DNA from: a virus
Taxonomy: Duplodnaviria; Caudoviricetes
IMG/VR virus record: IMGVR_UViG_3300025635_000084
Coordinates: 1 to 35,763 of that record
Direction: 5' to 3' (one strand)
DNA length: 35,763 nt
Under the pieces are notes generated by a model, which was not told the origin of the DNA, ran no database searches, and saw nothing but the letters and a program-made list of their open reading frames with translations. Of this stretch, positions 1-9,356 are shown piece by piece; the stretch's first letter is position 1; the number at the start of each line of letters is the position of its first letter. The translations under genes and the position numbers were made by a program.

Positions 1-131
1 CGAAGTCTGGGAAGATATCCTCTAGCTTTGTTCCTGGCAGTCCTTCAACTGCTGGGGCGTTATGCAAGAGATAACTCTCAAGCCTCCAGTCGTGATTCCC
101 TCGGATAAGATGGCGCGTGAGCTTTTTGTTC
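1..131. repeat. Terminal direct repeat (left copy); assembly overlap indicating a circular or circularly permuted genome of ~35,632 bp
   Basis: 1-131 matches 35633-35763 except position 5 (G) vs 35637 (A); 6-131 is an exact 126-bp match. Confidence 0.95.
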
Positions 132-592
132 TTTGAAGCCTTGACGTACTCACGCACCCGTTTTTGGGCATTAGACACTTCATCAACAATATGCGGGATA
201 TCCTCCGCCATCCGTTTTCCGTACCTTGAGACCGCAGGGCCGTCAAGTACGTCACCGTTCAGAATCAGTCCGTCAAAGTGATTGGAGGAAAGGACCTTGA
301 CGAAAGCCTCTTCGGCTCTGGAGTGAACATTCGGCCAGAGATGCAGGTCTGAAGCGATGATGTACCGCCCGACCGGGATTTGCTGGTGGTCAAGGTTTGG
401 AATGTTCTTGTTGTTTCCAAGAGACGGCAATCCATCTCCGAAGAACTTTTCACAGTCCCGGCGCTTCTGGAAGGTCTGGCGCAATGTAATTCCGAACCTT
501 GCCGCAAGTTGCTCGGTATTCCATCCCCTTTTCTTTGCCTCTAGCCACTCTTTGCGAAAGTGATTTAGGCCGTCGTAATTAGCTGGCCTCAC
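1..592 (-). CDS. Calcineurin-like metallophosphoesterase, N-terminal part with possible HTH; continues across the junction to 35271 (~317 aa total)
   Basis: Manual translation from GTG at 592 (GTGA overlap with the upstream stop): MRPANYDGLNHF...WNTEQLAARFGITLRQTFQKR...IIASDLH...ILNGDVLD...IRGNHD. Missed by the ORF track because its stop lies beyond the junction. Confidence 0.85.
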   Translation of the reverse strand, partial: MRPANYDGLNHFRKEWLEAKKRGWNTEQLAARFGITLRQTFQKRRDCEKFFGDGLPSLGNNKNIPNLDHQQIPVGRYIIASDLHLWPNVHSRAEEAFVKVLSSNHFDGLILNGDVLDGPAVSRYGKRMAEDIPHIVDEVSNAQKRVREYVKASKNKKLTRHLIRGNHDWRLESYLLHNAPAVEGLPGTKLEDIFPDF

Positions 593-1044
593 GGAACTGC
601 AAAGGGCCTGTTAACGGTATACATCGTCCTATCACTCGGGAGCTGAGGGCGCGTCGGAGCGCCAGGTCTAATAGTTCCCATAGGTACGTCAGAGCGAATA
701 ATGGGAGCTGGGAAATAGCTCTGACCATCCGAGCGAACAATCGGAGCTGGGAAATAATTCTGAGGAGCCGCTCCCGGCCTAACTACGCGAGGCATCGGAG
801 GCGCGTATTGCCCCATATTCGTGGGCATCATTCCGGGCATATTAGGCTGCATCATTCCAGGACGCATCATCCCCTGCGGAGGCATCATTCCTCCAGGGCG
901 AACAACCCGCGGCATAGGCGGAGCATATTGGCCCATATTCGTAGGCGGAGCAAAGTTAGGCATTCCGGGATTAGGCTGCATCTGAGAGCGCGCCTGCTGT
1001 AGATACGCCATCAAGCGAGGGTCGAGTAGTCCGAGGTTATTCAT
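589..1044 (-). CDS. Pro/Met/Gly/Gln-rich low-complexity protein with internal repeats
   Basis: Coupled by 4-bp start/stop overlaps to both neighbours; PTNMGQYAPPMPRVVRPG x2 and YFPAPI(V/I)RSD x2. Confidence 0.7.
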   Translation of the reverse strand: MNNLGLLDPRLMAYLQQARSQMQPNPGMPNFAPPTNMGQYAPPMPRVVRPGGMMPPQGMMRPGMMQPNMPGMMPTNMGQYAPPMPRVVRPGAAPQNYFPAPIVRSDGQSYFPAPIIRSDVPMGTIRPGAPTRPQLPSDRTMYTVNRPFAVP

Positions 1045-1445
1045 TTCTTTCCCTTCTCATAGGTTCGTGCTGTTGTGTAGCCAAGATACCCGGCGCTAAA
1101 CGTCCACCATAGAGCTTCCGGGATTGCCTCAAAGCCCAGCTTCACATTCAGGAAAAATTCCCGCATGGCGTCAGGGCGCATGATTCCGATTGCTGGGGCA
1201 AGGATAACCAAGCCCAGCAGGATGAAGTAAAAGACGTAAAGGAAAGAAGGGCGGGCTCTAGAGGTCCAAGGGTCGGAGCTTCCCGCCTCGGCCTTAATAG
1301 CGCCTATGGCTATCTCTAGTTCCCGGAAAGCGCCGTCCTGCTTGAGGCGTTCAAGTTCAGCAGCAACCTGGGCCTTCTGGATAGGGTCAGGGAAGGCTTT
1401 GTCCAGAACCTTCCCAAACACAGCAGCGATGGTATCTGCAATCAA
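1041..1445 (-). CDS. 3TM-type holin (GTA_holin_3TM-like)
   Basis: VLDKAFPDP, SSDPWTSRARP, two hydrophobic helices, GYLGYTTARTYEK; lies in the lysis cassette. Confidence 0.75.
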   Translation of the reverse strand: MIADTIAAVFGKVLDKAFPDPIQKAQVAAELERLKQDGAFRELEIAIGAIKAEAGSSDPWTSRARPSFLYVFYFILLGLVILAPAIGIMRPDAMREFFLNVKLGFEAIPEALWWTFSAGYLGYTTARTYEKGKK

Positions 1446-1642
1446 TGGAACTGCGCCAGTTTTGCAATGGCCGCTCCTACTGCGCCAGCGGCCCCACCCA
1501 ACAGCATCATTGTGCGCCAGCCGCCACGGGCTTCGTTCAGGATTTTGCTGATTTGCTTTATCTCTTGTCGAAGTTCAGCAATCTCTTTTTGGAGGGCTTC
1601 AATCTCGGCATCGTGCCGACCTATGTCTCTCGATAACTCCAT
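1442..1642 (-). CDS. Coiled-coil protein with C-terminal membrane helix (lysis-associated)
   Basis: IEALQKEIAELRQEIKQI followed by MMLLGGAAGAVGAAIA; between endolysin and holin. Confidence 0.6.
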   Translation of the reverse strand: MELSRDIGRHDAEIEALQKEIAELRQEIKQISKILNEARGGWRTMMLLGGAAGAVGAAIAKLAQFH

Positions 1643-1649
1643 ACCGTCC

Positions 1650-2180
1650 TCACGCAGCGTTCACGCGGTTGAGCCATCCAATCAGAAAGCGCTCTTGGTC
1701 TGGCTTTTTTGCCAGCGTGTAATAGTGCGCTTTCTGAAGGGCCTTGAAATCCTCAACTACCTTTGACGTTGCCGACTCTCTGTCAGCCTCGTAAATCGCG
1801 TGCAGGGTATGGTTCCCTGCTTTGCCATCTTCTTTCAGGTTGGCCCCGTTAGCGTTTAGCGCCTTCTGAAGCCACTTGACTGCTGTACTCACGCCACAGT
1901 TTACCGCAGCTTGATAAACCAAAGTAGCTAGCTTTTGTGAGGGGTACTGGTCTCCCAGAATAGGCCCCCAATAGCTCATGCGGTAGAGCTTCTCGGCGTC
2001 CCTCTTGAGGGCTTCCGAGTCTCTATCCCCAGCGTCCACCATCTTCCAGCCCGCCCAGTGAGGGTGTGCCCTACGGGATATCCCGAAGATAGTCTCTCCG
2101 CCTCGGTCTGCGGGGTCGTTGACGTAACCCCCTTCCCATTTGGAGACGAACGAATGAGCTTTGTGGAACTCGGCCATCAC
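1650..2180 (-). CDS. Endolysin, glycoside hydrolase family 108 with PG_binding_3-like C-terminus
   Basis: WEGGYVNDPADRGGETIFGIS catalytic motif; AVNCG; FLIGWLNRV. Confidence 0.9.
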   Translation of the reverse strand: MMAEFHKAHSFVSKWEGGYVNDPADRGGETIFGISRRAHPHWAGWKMVDAGDRDSEALKRDAEKLYRMSYWGPILGDQYPSQKLATLVYQAAVNCGVSTAVKWLQKALNANGANLKEDGKAGNHTLHAIYEADRESATSKVVEDFKALQKAHYYTLAKKPDQERFLIGWLNRVNAA

Positions 2181-4162
2181 GGGTTATATGCGCCCAAAGC
2201 GCTAGAGGTAAATGCCGGCGTGATGTAATCAAGCAGCCCCATTCTCCCGCCTTGCGCTGGGGCAATTTGATTGTATGCAGCCAGTGCTCTTGCGGGGTCT
2301 GTCATCTGCCTTGTTAGCTCCTCTTGCACTCGCTTTTCAAGGCCAAGAGCCTGAAGCCCTTTGCCATAGACAGTTGCCGCGCCTTGCAGGGAAGGGAGGA
2401 TGTTTTGCTCAAGCATTGTTTGAGGAAATCCAATCGGCCCAAGGGTCCTTCGCAAGATGTTTTCCGTTGCTAGGTTTTGCGCTGTAGGGGAGCCTGGGGC
2501 AGCGCCCAGAATCCTTGCCTGCTCTCGTCTTGCTAGGGCCTGCCGGGTTGCCTCAATCGTATTCATCTGCTCCGGCGTCATGACGTTTGCAGCGCGAATT
2601 CCGCGCGGGCCTTTCCTTGCTGCTCTTGCAATTTCGTCTAAGTTTCCGACAGTACGAGCGAATGCGGCGGGCGTCAGTCTTTGCAGTTCAGTGCCTTGAG
2701 CGAGCGGAGGAACTAAGCTCTCGTAAAGCTGCTGCCCGATTTGCATTTGATTAACAGGAGTGCTTGCTTGAGCAAAAACCTTCTCGGCCTGACCAAACTC
2801 AGGAACAGCTTTTGCTATTTGCCTTTCTAAAGACTTTTGCACAGTTCCGAGTTCTCGCCTGATGTATTTGTTTTCCTGAGTCGCTGCCAATTCTTGAATC
2901 TGTGCGGCGGCGTCCATCAGTTGCTGCGGCCCCTGCTGGATTACATAGTCAGGGGTTTTCAATATGTCTTTTGCCAGAGACAGCGCGTCGCTAAAATCAG
3001 CGCGTTTTGGCTTTAGGCCTTTAAGCTGGGACAAAGCGTCGTCAGCCGTGATTTTCCCGTCCCGCACCCTGCCTACGATTGTGCGAACGGTTTTAATTTC
3101 AGAAGAGCCGGGCGCCGCCGCGTTCCTTCCGGCAAGCGCATCATTTAATACCTTGTAAGCATCCCTCGCCCTGTCCTCTGGCGCGTATTGAATAAACAAG
3201 GATTCTCGGATGTTCTTAAGTTTTGGTCCAAGCGTTGAGGGGTTGGCTTTCGACAACCTATCAATGAGGTTTACCGTCCTTGTGGTATCTACAGGGGTTT
3301 GACTTTTGCGTGCCGCCGTATAGAGAGGGGTTGCGGCTTTTGATCGAGCCGATATAGCAGCTTCAAGTTGTTGCGGAGTCTGGGCAATATCCTGAATCCC
3401 GCGCACCGCCGCGTTGATGTTCGCTTCCTCGGCAAGCGCAAGTCCTCCGGGTTCCGGTAGCCCTCTTTGCAGTTGGGCTATTCCGGGGTCTAGCGTGGCC
3501 TCCGCAAGTGGTGGCTGGTATCCTGGAATGCCGGGCTGATACTGTGTTGCTCTTGTGACAGCGGTCGGGTCTGTTGCCATGCGTTGAATGGTTCTTGCCG
3601 CAATGCGTTCTGGCCCTCTTGGCAAAAGCGGCTCGACAGCGCTTCGCGCAAACTGGCTAACACCTCTAGCAACCCTGCCCCCAATCTCTGCCGCAGGACC
3701 AGCAACTCCGCCAATTGCCGCACCAGTCGCCCGCTCTTTAAGTCCGCCCGGAGTTGAAAGGCCGCCTATTAACGCGCCGCCCGCAGCAGCCCCCGGAATT
3801 GTGGCAGGCGCAGCCATTGCGAACGGGAGAAGCGCTGCTGTCTCTCCAACGAAAGAGCCAAACTTTCCGGCGGTTGTTCCCATCAAGGGCGCATTGAGTC
3901 GCTCATATTCATCAATGTCTGCCTGAGAAACAGCCGGGGTAAGCTGTCCGGCCGCAAGTACAGGGCGCTTCATTCCAGCTCCAATACCCGCCACAAACCG
4001 CTCCATTTGCGACATTCCCTCAACGGGAGACGCATATTCTGATTCGGCCGGCTGTTGCATTTCGACAAGCCGCTCAGCAAACATTCTGGCGCTTTCAGCA
4101 TCTCCAGCGGCGTCTGCTGCAATGAATGCTTTCTTTAGGTCGTCATAAGAGTATTCAGCCAT
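2177..4162 (-). CDS. Putative internal virion/ejection protein (661 aa)
   Basis: Large Ala/Gly-rich helical protein, last before lysis genes, as in podoviral gene order. Confidence 0.6.
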   Translation of the reverse strand: MAEYSYDDLKKAFIAADAAGDAESARMFAERLVEMQQPAESEYASPVEGMSQMERFVAGIGAGMKRPVLAAGQLTPAVSQADIDEYERLNAPLMGTTAGKFGSFVGETAALLPFAMAAPATIPGAAAGGALIGGLSTPGGLKERATGAAIGGVAGPAAEIGGRVARGVSQFARSAVEPLLPRGPERIAARTIQRMATDPTAVTRATQYQPGIPGYQPPLAEATLDPGIAQLQRGLPEPGGLALAEEANINAAVRGIQDIAQTPQQLEAAISARSKAATPLYTAARKSQTPVDTTRTVNLIDRLSKANPSTLGPKLKNIRESLFIQYAPEDRARDAYKVLNDALAGRNAAAPGSSEIKTVRTIVGRVRDGKITADDALSQLKGLKPKRADFSDALSLAKDILKTPDYVIQQGPQQLMDAAAQIQELAATQENKYIRRELGTVQKSLERQIAKAVPEFGQAEKVFAQASTPVNQMQIGQQLYESLVPPLAQGTELQRLTPAAFARTVGNLDEIARAARKGPRGIRAANVMTPEQMNTIEATRQALARREQARILGAAPGSPTAQNLATENILRRTLGPIGFPQTMLEQNILPSLQGAATVYGKGLQALGLEKRVQEELTRQMTDPARALAAYNQIAPAQGGRMGLLDYITPAFTSSALGAYNP

Positions 4163-5250
4163 TAGCGTGCGCCTGGAACGTATTTGCGAAGTCGCTCTTG
4201 GAAGTCTGCTTCATTTCTTACCGGAGCGCTTTGATTAATAGTGGGTTGTCGCCCTTGCGCGGCCCTTCCCGCGTTTAATCGCATTGACTCTATGGCTAGC
4301 TGCCTTGCTTGCCGTTTTCTTTCAATATTTTTCGGGCCATCGCCGGGCTGCGGAAAATACTTCTTAAATTCTCGCTCTGTCTCTTCTTTCCCTAAAGCTG
4401 CGCCTGATTCTTTTCTTAGGTTTGCAGTGACAAAATCTAGCATCAGATTATTTGCAACCTGATATGCGTCGCTAGCTGTGTAATTTCCAATTAAAGGAAC
4501 GTCTGCCCTTGCTTTTTCAATTCCAGAAGCCAAAATTCCTTCTAGATTTTGGTCCATTTGTGCATTGGCTTCTGCCATTCGCGAGTAGAACCCCGTAGAT
4601 ACTGACTGAGTATCGGTCGGTGGAGGTTGCCGTACTTTATAGCCTGCTTGCCGAGCCTGCTCTGGAGTAATTCCAATTGGCGGAGCCTCTCCTCCAGGAC
4701 CTTCTAGTCTTGCAAGGTCGCTAGGTGAAAACGGCTTTTCAGGCGCCCCAAACTGAATTTGAGGCTTCGTGAGTATTGCTCTTGCGGCATTTTCAAACTC
4801 AGGAGTGCCAGGCTTATACCCGGCAACAATAAGGTTCCGCTCTAGATTTGTCTGCTGCGGCGGCTTCATGGAGTTTTCGAGCTGCATCTTCAAATAAGCA
4901 GAAGGCCCAATAACTTGCGCCATAGCTCTCTGGTCTGGGGTTAGATTGGCGGCATAAGCATTAAAAGCGTCTTGCCTTTCCCTTTCGCGAGCCTTCTCTT
5001 CTTCGTACTTCAGCTTCTTTCGGTTGTATTCCTCGATAGCAAGCCTGTACTCCTCAGCCTTTCTTTTATCTTCCTGCTGAGTCCGCTTGTTCTGAATGCC
5101 CATCTGCATTCCTCGGGCCGCATACTCCATGGGATTGATTGGCTCAAAACTTCCGCTCGGCTGAGACAAAAGCCCTAGTCCAGCCATTCCCAAGGGGCTT
5201 GTGGAAAGCCTTTCGAAACTTTGATTTAGCGTATTCAAAATATTAGCCAT
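4162..5250 (-). CDS. Putative internal virion/ejection protein (362 aa)
   Basis: Coiled coil and LRKESGAAL...YFPQPGD motif typical of phage injection proteins; position. Confidence 0.6.
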   Translation of the reverse strand: MANILNTLNQSFERLSTSPLGMAGLGLLSQPSGSFEPINPMEYAARGMQMGIQNKRTQQEDKRKAEEYRLAIEEYNRKKLKYEEEKARERERQDAFNAYAANLTPDQRAMAQVIGPSAYLKMQLENSMKPPQQTNLERNLIVAGYKPGTPEFENAARAILTKPQIQFGAPEKPFSPSDLARLEGPGGEAPPIGITPEQARQAGYKVRQPPPTDTQSVSTGFYSRMAEANAQMDQNLEGILASGIEKARADVPLIGNYTASDAYQVANNLMLDFVTANLRKESGAALGKEETEREFKKYFPQPGDGPKNIERKRQARQLAIESMRLNAGRAAQGRQPTINQSAPVRNEADFQERLRKYVPGAR

Positions 5251-5252
5251 TA

Positions 5253-6089
5253 TTAACCTCCAGGAAGAAGCCCGGCCAAAAGACCAAGCAATCCCAAAAC
5301 TTGTGACGAAGTAGACGGTTCAAAATAAGGTTGCTGGCTTGTGGTCTGCCCGCCGTAAGACCCTGAGACGTTTCTCATGTAGTTCGCGATGGCTTCCCCT
5401 GGGGCTTTCTGCAAGAAGTTAAAGCGATTAACCCTATCTGTAAGTTCTCGCTGAGCCTGTTCGTCTCTAAGCTGCTGGGCTTCAAGTCCGGCACCATACA
5501 TTCCTGTGCGAGCCTGCAAGAGTTCTGGCGCGAATCTAGCCATCTCCTGCTGGCGCTGACGCTCGTTCTCGTACGCAGAGCCGTAGAGGTTTGTGGCAAT
5601 GTCTGCCACGCCTCTTCCATATCCAGCAGCAGCGGAGTTATAGGCATTCATCATGCCGGGGCTTCCAGTTCTGCCGGACATCCCGAATCTTGAGCTAAGG
5701 CCCGGAATTGTCTGCGTTGTGAACTGCTCATTAGCCGCGCGGCTGGCAGCTGTCACCATGTCCGCAAGATATGGGTTTTGAGCGGTAGTCAGGTAATTCC
5801 CGCCGATTGCCGCCCGAGCATATTCTTCTGCCGGGTTCAGGATGTTGGGATTATTCGCAAGGTCCGTAATGTTTTGAATCTGAGAGCTGACCCCAGCGCC
5901 CATCGGATTTACGGTCGAGGTGCTTCCGGTTGTTGGGTCGGTATACCACTGAAGCCCTCGGCCTTCGTATCCACCACCCGCTGCGGGTTGCAGAAACTGA
6001 TTCTGCGCGGCCTGAAATCCAGCAGTTAGGTACGGCTGTTGCGCGGCCCATGGGGCGGTTGTTCCAGTAGTTGTAATGACATCAGCCAT
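5253..6089 (-). CDS. Putative DNA transfer/pilot ejection protein
   Basis: TTTGTTAPWAAQQPYL N-terminus, QNPYL, Gln/Ala-rich, hydrophobic C-terminus; start ATG 6089 follows AGGAG. Confidence 0.6.
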   Translation of the reverse strand: MADVITTTGTTAPWAAQQPYLTAGFQAAQNQFLQPAAGGGYEGRGLQWYTDPTTGSTSTVNPMGAGVSSQIQNITDLANNPNILNPAEEYARAAIGGNYLTTAQNPYLADMVTAASRAANEQFTTQTIPGLSSRFGMSGRTGSPGMMNAYNSAAAGYGRGVADIATNLYGSAYENERQRQQEMARFAPELLQARTGMYGAGLEAQQLRDEQAQRELTDRVNRFNFLQKAPGEAIANYMRNVSGSYGGQTTSQQPYFEPSTSSQVLGLLGLLAGLLPGG

Positions 6090-8991
6090 TGCGTCTAGCT
6101 CCTGCAATCTGAACGGTTATCCCGCGTTTTTTCTTCTTGGGCGTCTTGGGGTATTTTGCTTCAAAACCACCCATTTTGCCTCCATAAATTCCTGAGCCGG
6201 TTGCTTCTCCGAGCCCCCCTGGCGTTCCGCCTGTGAGCATGGAAAGGTCTGGGAGACCAAAATCAAACGGGTTGTTTGTAGGCTGAACCGCTTGGTCAAC
6301 AATCGGGGCGGTATCCGTAAGCAGGCCGCCTGCGCCAGGGCCAGTGCCAGCCCCCATTCCCGGTCCAGTGCTATCGCCGGTCCCAATACCTGACCCAGTG
6401 GCATCTCCGAAACCAGCCCCAAACTCAGTGCCCGGAGTGGTTCCTGTATCAAGTCCTATGCCTCCTCCGCCCGCAACTCCTGGGGTTACAAAGTCTTGGG
6501 GTGTGCCAGTTCCGCTAAAGGCCCAGCCATTAACTGAATTAAGCAAATCAGCACTTTCACCCAAATTAATAGCGTTGCCAGCGGTTCCGGCAAGGATTGC
6601 GTTAATCAATTCTTGAGAACTAAGCTCAGTAGGCGTCGGCGGCGGGGTCACAAAGTTTGGAGGAGTTCTAGTTCCGCTGAAGGCCCATCCATTAACCGGA
6701 TTAACAGGAACTTCTGGCTGTGGAGTTACAAAGTTCTGGACCTGCCCAAGTCCAGAGTTTGCCCATCCATTAACCGCATTAAGAGGCATTTCTGGAAAAG
6801 GCTGTGGAGTTACAAAATTCTGAATTTGCCCAAGTCCAGAATTAGCCCATGAGTTAACAGACATTTCTGGGAAAGTCGGAGTTGTGGTTGCTTGGGTAGC
6901 AAGAACCTGATTCAGCCACTCCTGAGAGCCACGCCGAGGAGGTTCAGGAACTTCTGGCTGTGGAGTTACAAAGTTCTGAACCTGACCAAGCCCAGAGTTT
7001 GCCCATGAGTTAACTGGGTTAACAGGCAACTCCATTGGTGACGTTGTCGTTTGAGTCGCAAGAATCTGGTTCAGCCATTCTTGAGAGCCGACTTGAACTG
7101 GAGTTGGTTCTTGCGGAGAAGCCTCGCCTCCGGTAACGCCTCCAGGCGTTCCGCCAGTAACTCCACCAGTAACTCCCCCAGTCGTTCCCCCAGTCGTTCC
7201 GCCGGTTACTGCCCCAGTTGCTCCTCCCGTCGATCCAGTGCCTCCAGTGGCGGTTTGATCAACAGGCGTCACGTTTTGGTCTAGCAAGCCCGCCCCGCTG
7301 GTTGTTGAGCCGCCGCCTACAGGAACAGACCCAGTAGTCCCGCCAGTGGAAGGGTCAAGAAGCCCAGTGACAGCCCCAGTGCCAGCGCCAACAGCAGCGC
7401 CCCCGCCTGTTTGAGTTCCAGAAGTTCCTGTCTGTCCAGTTGAGGCAGACCCAGTTGACGCTTGAGTTCCCGCGTCTGTTTGTCCTGTCGATGGTTCTGG
7501 CTGATTGACTGGCGCTCCAGCTACGGTATCCGGGGGAATGCTAATTGGAGGTCTAATATTTACGTCTGTGCTACTAGGGTCAAACCATCCAGCAAGATTT
7601 CCATTTGCATCCGCGTAATAGGTAATATTATTGCGTACTGGAATTCCTGCATTGACTAGAGTACTTGCAAGCCATGCTCCCGTGCTCAGGGTATCATCAG
7701 GCATTACTGCAGTAACAAGTACGCTTTCAGTAGGAACTATCGGCCCTGTAACCGGAGGAGTATTAGCAGCCAGAGAGCCGGGTCCGACTTGAGCAGCAGA
7801 GCCCATGTCGTCCAGAAGAAGGCCACCAACCCCACCGCCAACAGTCCCAGCGCCAACGTCAAAAGCGCCAGCTAAAGCATCAAGAGGGTTTTGGATAAAC
7901 TCGCCAACGCCTCCAGCGTAATCAATGCCAGACCCGATAGCAGAGCCTAGGCCGCCAGTAATTGCCCCTTGAAGACCTCCCTGCGCTCCGCCGATTCCTG
8001 CGCTCGCAAGGGCCGATGCAATGTTGCCGATTGCGGTGCTGTTTGTAAGACCTCCGATAATGGTTCCGAGGCCGCCAGTAAATGCGCTGACAAGGCCGCC
8101 AACAATAAGGTTGCCAACCATGGAATCCATAATCCCGCGCTTCGGGAGGTCCATCTTTGTGGCTTCTTGCCGAAACCAATGGTCTGCATCAGTAAGAAAC
8201 TGAAGAGCGTCTTCAGCGGTTCCTTTTGTCCAAGCCCCTGACTCGTTTTTTTGTGGCTTGTATTTGTCCCAAACAGGGCCTCGATTTGCTCCGAAATAAT
8301 CGTAAAGTTTTTGCAAAACGAAGGGGTCATTGGGGTCAAAGCCAGCCGCCCATAATCCAGCGCCGGGAGTTTTGTAATCTCCGGGGTTTTCGTTTGTTTT
8401 CCCTAGTCCAGAATTAAAAAGAACTCCACCAGGCCCTGATTTTCCGACTGGAGCAGAATACCCTTCGGATGATGCGTTGTAGTAAAACGGGGTGAATCGT
8501 CCGCGAACATCTCTAACAATTCTGTTTTTTTCTTCTAGATTTGCAGCAGCGTCGCTTGATGAGCCAAACCCCAAAACCGGGTAGATATCAAGCATCCCAG
8601 AAGGAGACTGAACAGACGTCGGGTAATCACCAAAGCCGACACCCCTATCGTAATACCCTAGGATGTCGTAAGTGTTTATTGGGTTTGTGCCGCCAGTCAT
8701 CACTTGAGGGATGTTTCCCCCGTAAGCCAACTGGTTCATCATCCGATTCTGCCAATCAAGGCCGTAATCAGTTGTCGGCAGTCGTTGGAGCTGGGTCGTC
8801 CTAGCTAAGTTTTCGTATGCTTGCCGAGCCGTTTGGCGCTCTTGCGCAAGCCGCTCTTGCTCCGCCCTGTTAGCAGCTTGAAAAGCCTCGTTTATTCGCT
8901 GCTCTTCAATTCTTTGAGCGGCTAAATCTTCAGTGGCTTGCCCGCCGCGCGATAGATTCAAAAGCTGCTGAGTGCCTGCGTTCATTGCCAT
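6082..8991 (-). CDS. Large Gly/Thr/Pro-rich putative virion protein with peptide repeats (969 aa)
   Basis: Long ORF in the tail/ejection region; GGTT/GGVT runs and VN(S/G)WA..G...(N/D)FVTP repeats. Confidence 0.65.
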   Translation of the reverse strand: MAMNAGTQQLLNLSRGGQATEDLAAQRIEEQRINEAFQAANRAEQERLAQERQTARQAYENLARTTQLQRLPTTDYGLDWQNRMMNQLAYGGNIPQVMTGGTNPINTYDILGYYDRGVGFGDYPTSVQSPSGMLDIYPVLGFGSSSDAAANLEEKNRIVRDVRGRFTPFYYNASSEGYSAPVGKSGPGGVLFNSGLGKTNENPGDYKTPGAGLWAAGFDPNDPFVLQKLYDYFGANRGPVWDKYKPQKNESGAWTKGTAEDALQFLTDADHWFRQEATKMDLPKRGIMDSMVGNLIVGGLVSAFTGGLGTIIGGLTNSTAIGNIASALASAGIGGAQGGLQGAITGGLGSAIGSGIDYAGGVGEFIQNPLDALAGAFDVGAGTVGGGVGGLLLDDMGSAAQVGPGSLAANTPPVTGPIVPTESVLVTAVMPDDTLSTGAWLASTLVNAGIPVRNNITYYADANGNLAGWFDPSSTDVNIRPPISIPPDTVAGAPVNQPEPSTGQTDAGTQASTGSASTGQTGTSGTQTGGGAAVGAGTGAVTGLLDPSTGGTTGSVPVGGGSTTSGAGLLDQNVTPVDQTATGGTGSTGGATGAVTGGTTGGTTGGVTGGVTGGTPGGVTGGEASPQEPTPVQVGSQEWLNQILATQTTTSPMELPVNPVNSWANSGLGQVQNFVTPQPEVPEPPRRGSQEWLNQVLATQATTTPTFPEMSVNSWANSGLGQIQNFVTPQPFPEMPLNAVNGWANSGLGQVQNFVTPQPEVPVNPVNGWAFSGTRTPPNFVTPPPTPTELSSQELINAILAGTAGNAINLGESADLLNSVNGWAFSGTGTPQDFVTPGVAGGGGIGLDTGTTPGTEFGAGFGDATGSGIGTGDSTGPGMGAGTGPGAGGLLTDTAPIVDQAVQPTNNPFDFGLPDLSMLTGGTPGGLGEATGSGIYGGKMGGFEAKYPKTPKKKKRGITVQIAGARRNG
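6480..7095 (-). repeat. In-frame imperfect coding repeats
   Basis: Five copies of VN(S/G)WA(N/F)SG...(N/D)FVTP and three of (G/S)SQE(W/L)(L/I)N(Q/A)(I/V)LA; also similar at DNA level (GGCTGTGGAGTTACAAA x3). Confidence 0.85.
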
Positions 8992-8993
8992 GG

Positions 8994-9356
8994 TTAGCGT
9001 ACTTTCTGGACGATGCCGTAAGCGGTGAAATTAAGATGGTTTCCAGCAGAAGCAGAAACACCTAAGGAGCCATTCTTCTGAACAGTAATCCCAGAGCCCT
9101 GACTTGCTGCTTCGATAACCTCAACAGAGTAACCATTGATTGTCTTGTTATAGACCAAAGCATTCGCAGTAGCGTAAGTCGCAGCAGTATCGTTGTGGTA
9201 TAGGTGATACTGAACGTTATTGTTGGTGATGTTGCAGATTTGAATGCGCGTGATTTCGGTAGTTGCAAGCGCAGTAAACAACGTCTGGGCAGTAGTCGTC
9301 GCAGGCAATACCTGCCCCAACTTACCACCAAACAGTTCCGACCTATCGCTGACCAT
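8994..9356 (-). CDS. Small beta-rich virion protein
   Basis: TTTAQTLFT...IQICNIT...LNFTAYG pattern; follows the nozzle-like gene. Confidence 0.55.
   Translation of the reverse strand: MVSDRSELFGGKLGQVLPATTTAQTLFTALATTEITRIQICNITNNNVQYHLYHNDTAATYATANALVYNKTINGYSVEVIEAASQGSGITVQKNGSLGVSASAGNHLNFTAYGIVQKVR

Noticed and set aside
22-507. Track ORFs 22-255, 265-507 and 357-563
   Set aside because: Alternative frames of the motif-bearing phosphoesterase that starts at 592
6120-6150. PKKKKR resembling an SV40-type nuclear localisation signal
   Set aside because: All other features indicate a bacteriophage; a basic DNA-binding tail is the simpler explanation
6480-7095. Spaced DNA repeats resembling a CRISPR array or DGR template/variable repeats
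   Set aside because: Repeats are in-frame, differ mostly at synonymous positions rather than only at adenines, and are irregularly spaced; no cas or reverse transcriptase gene is present
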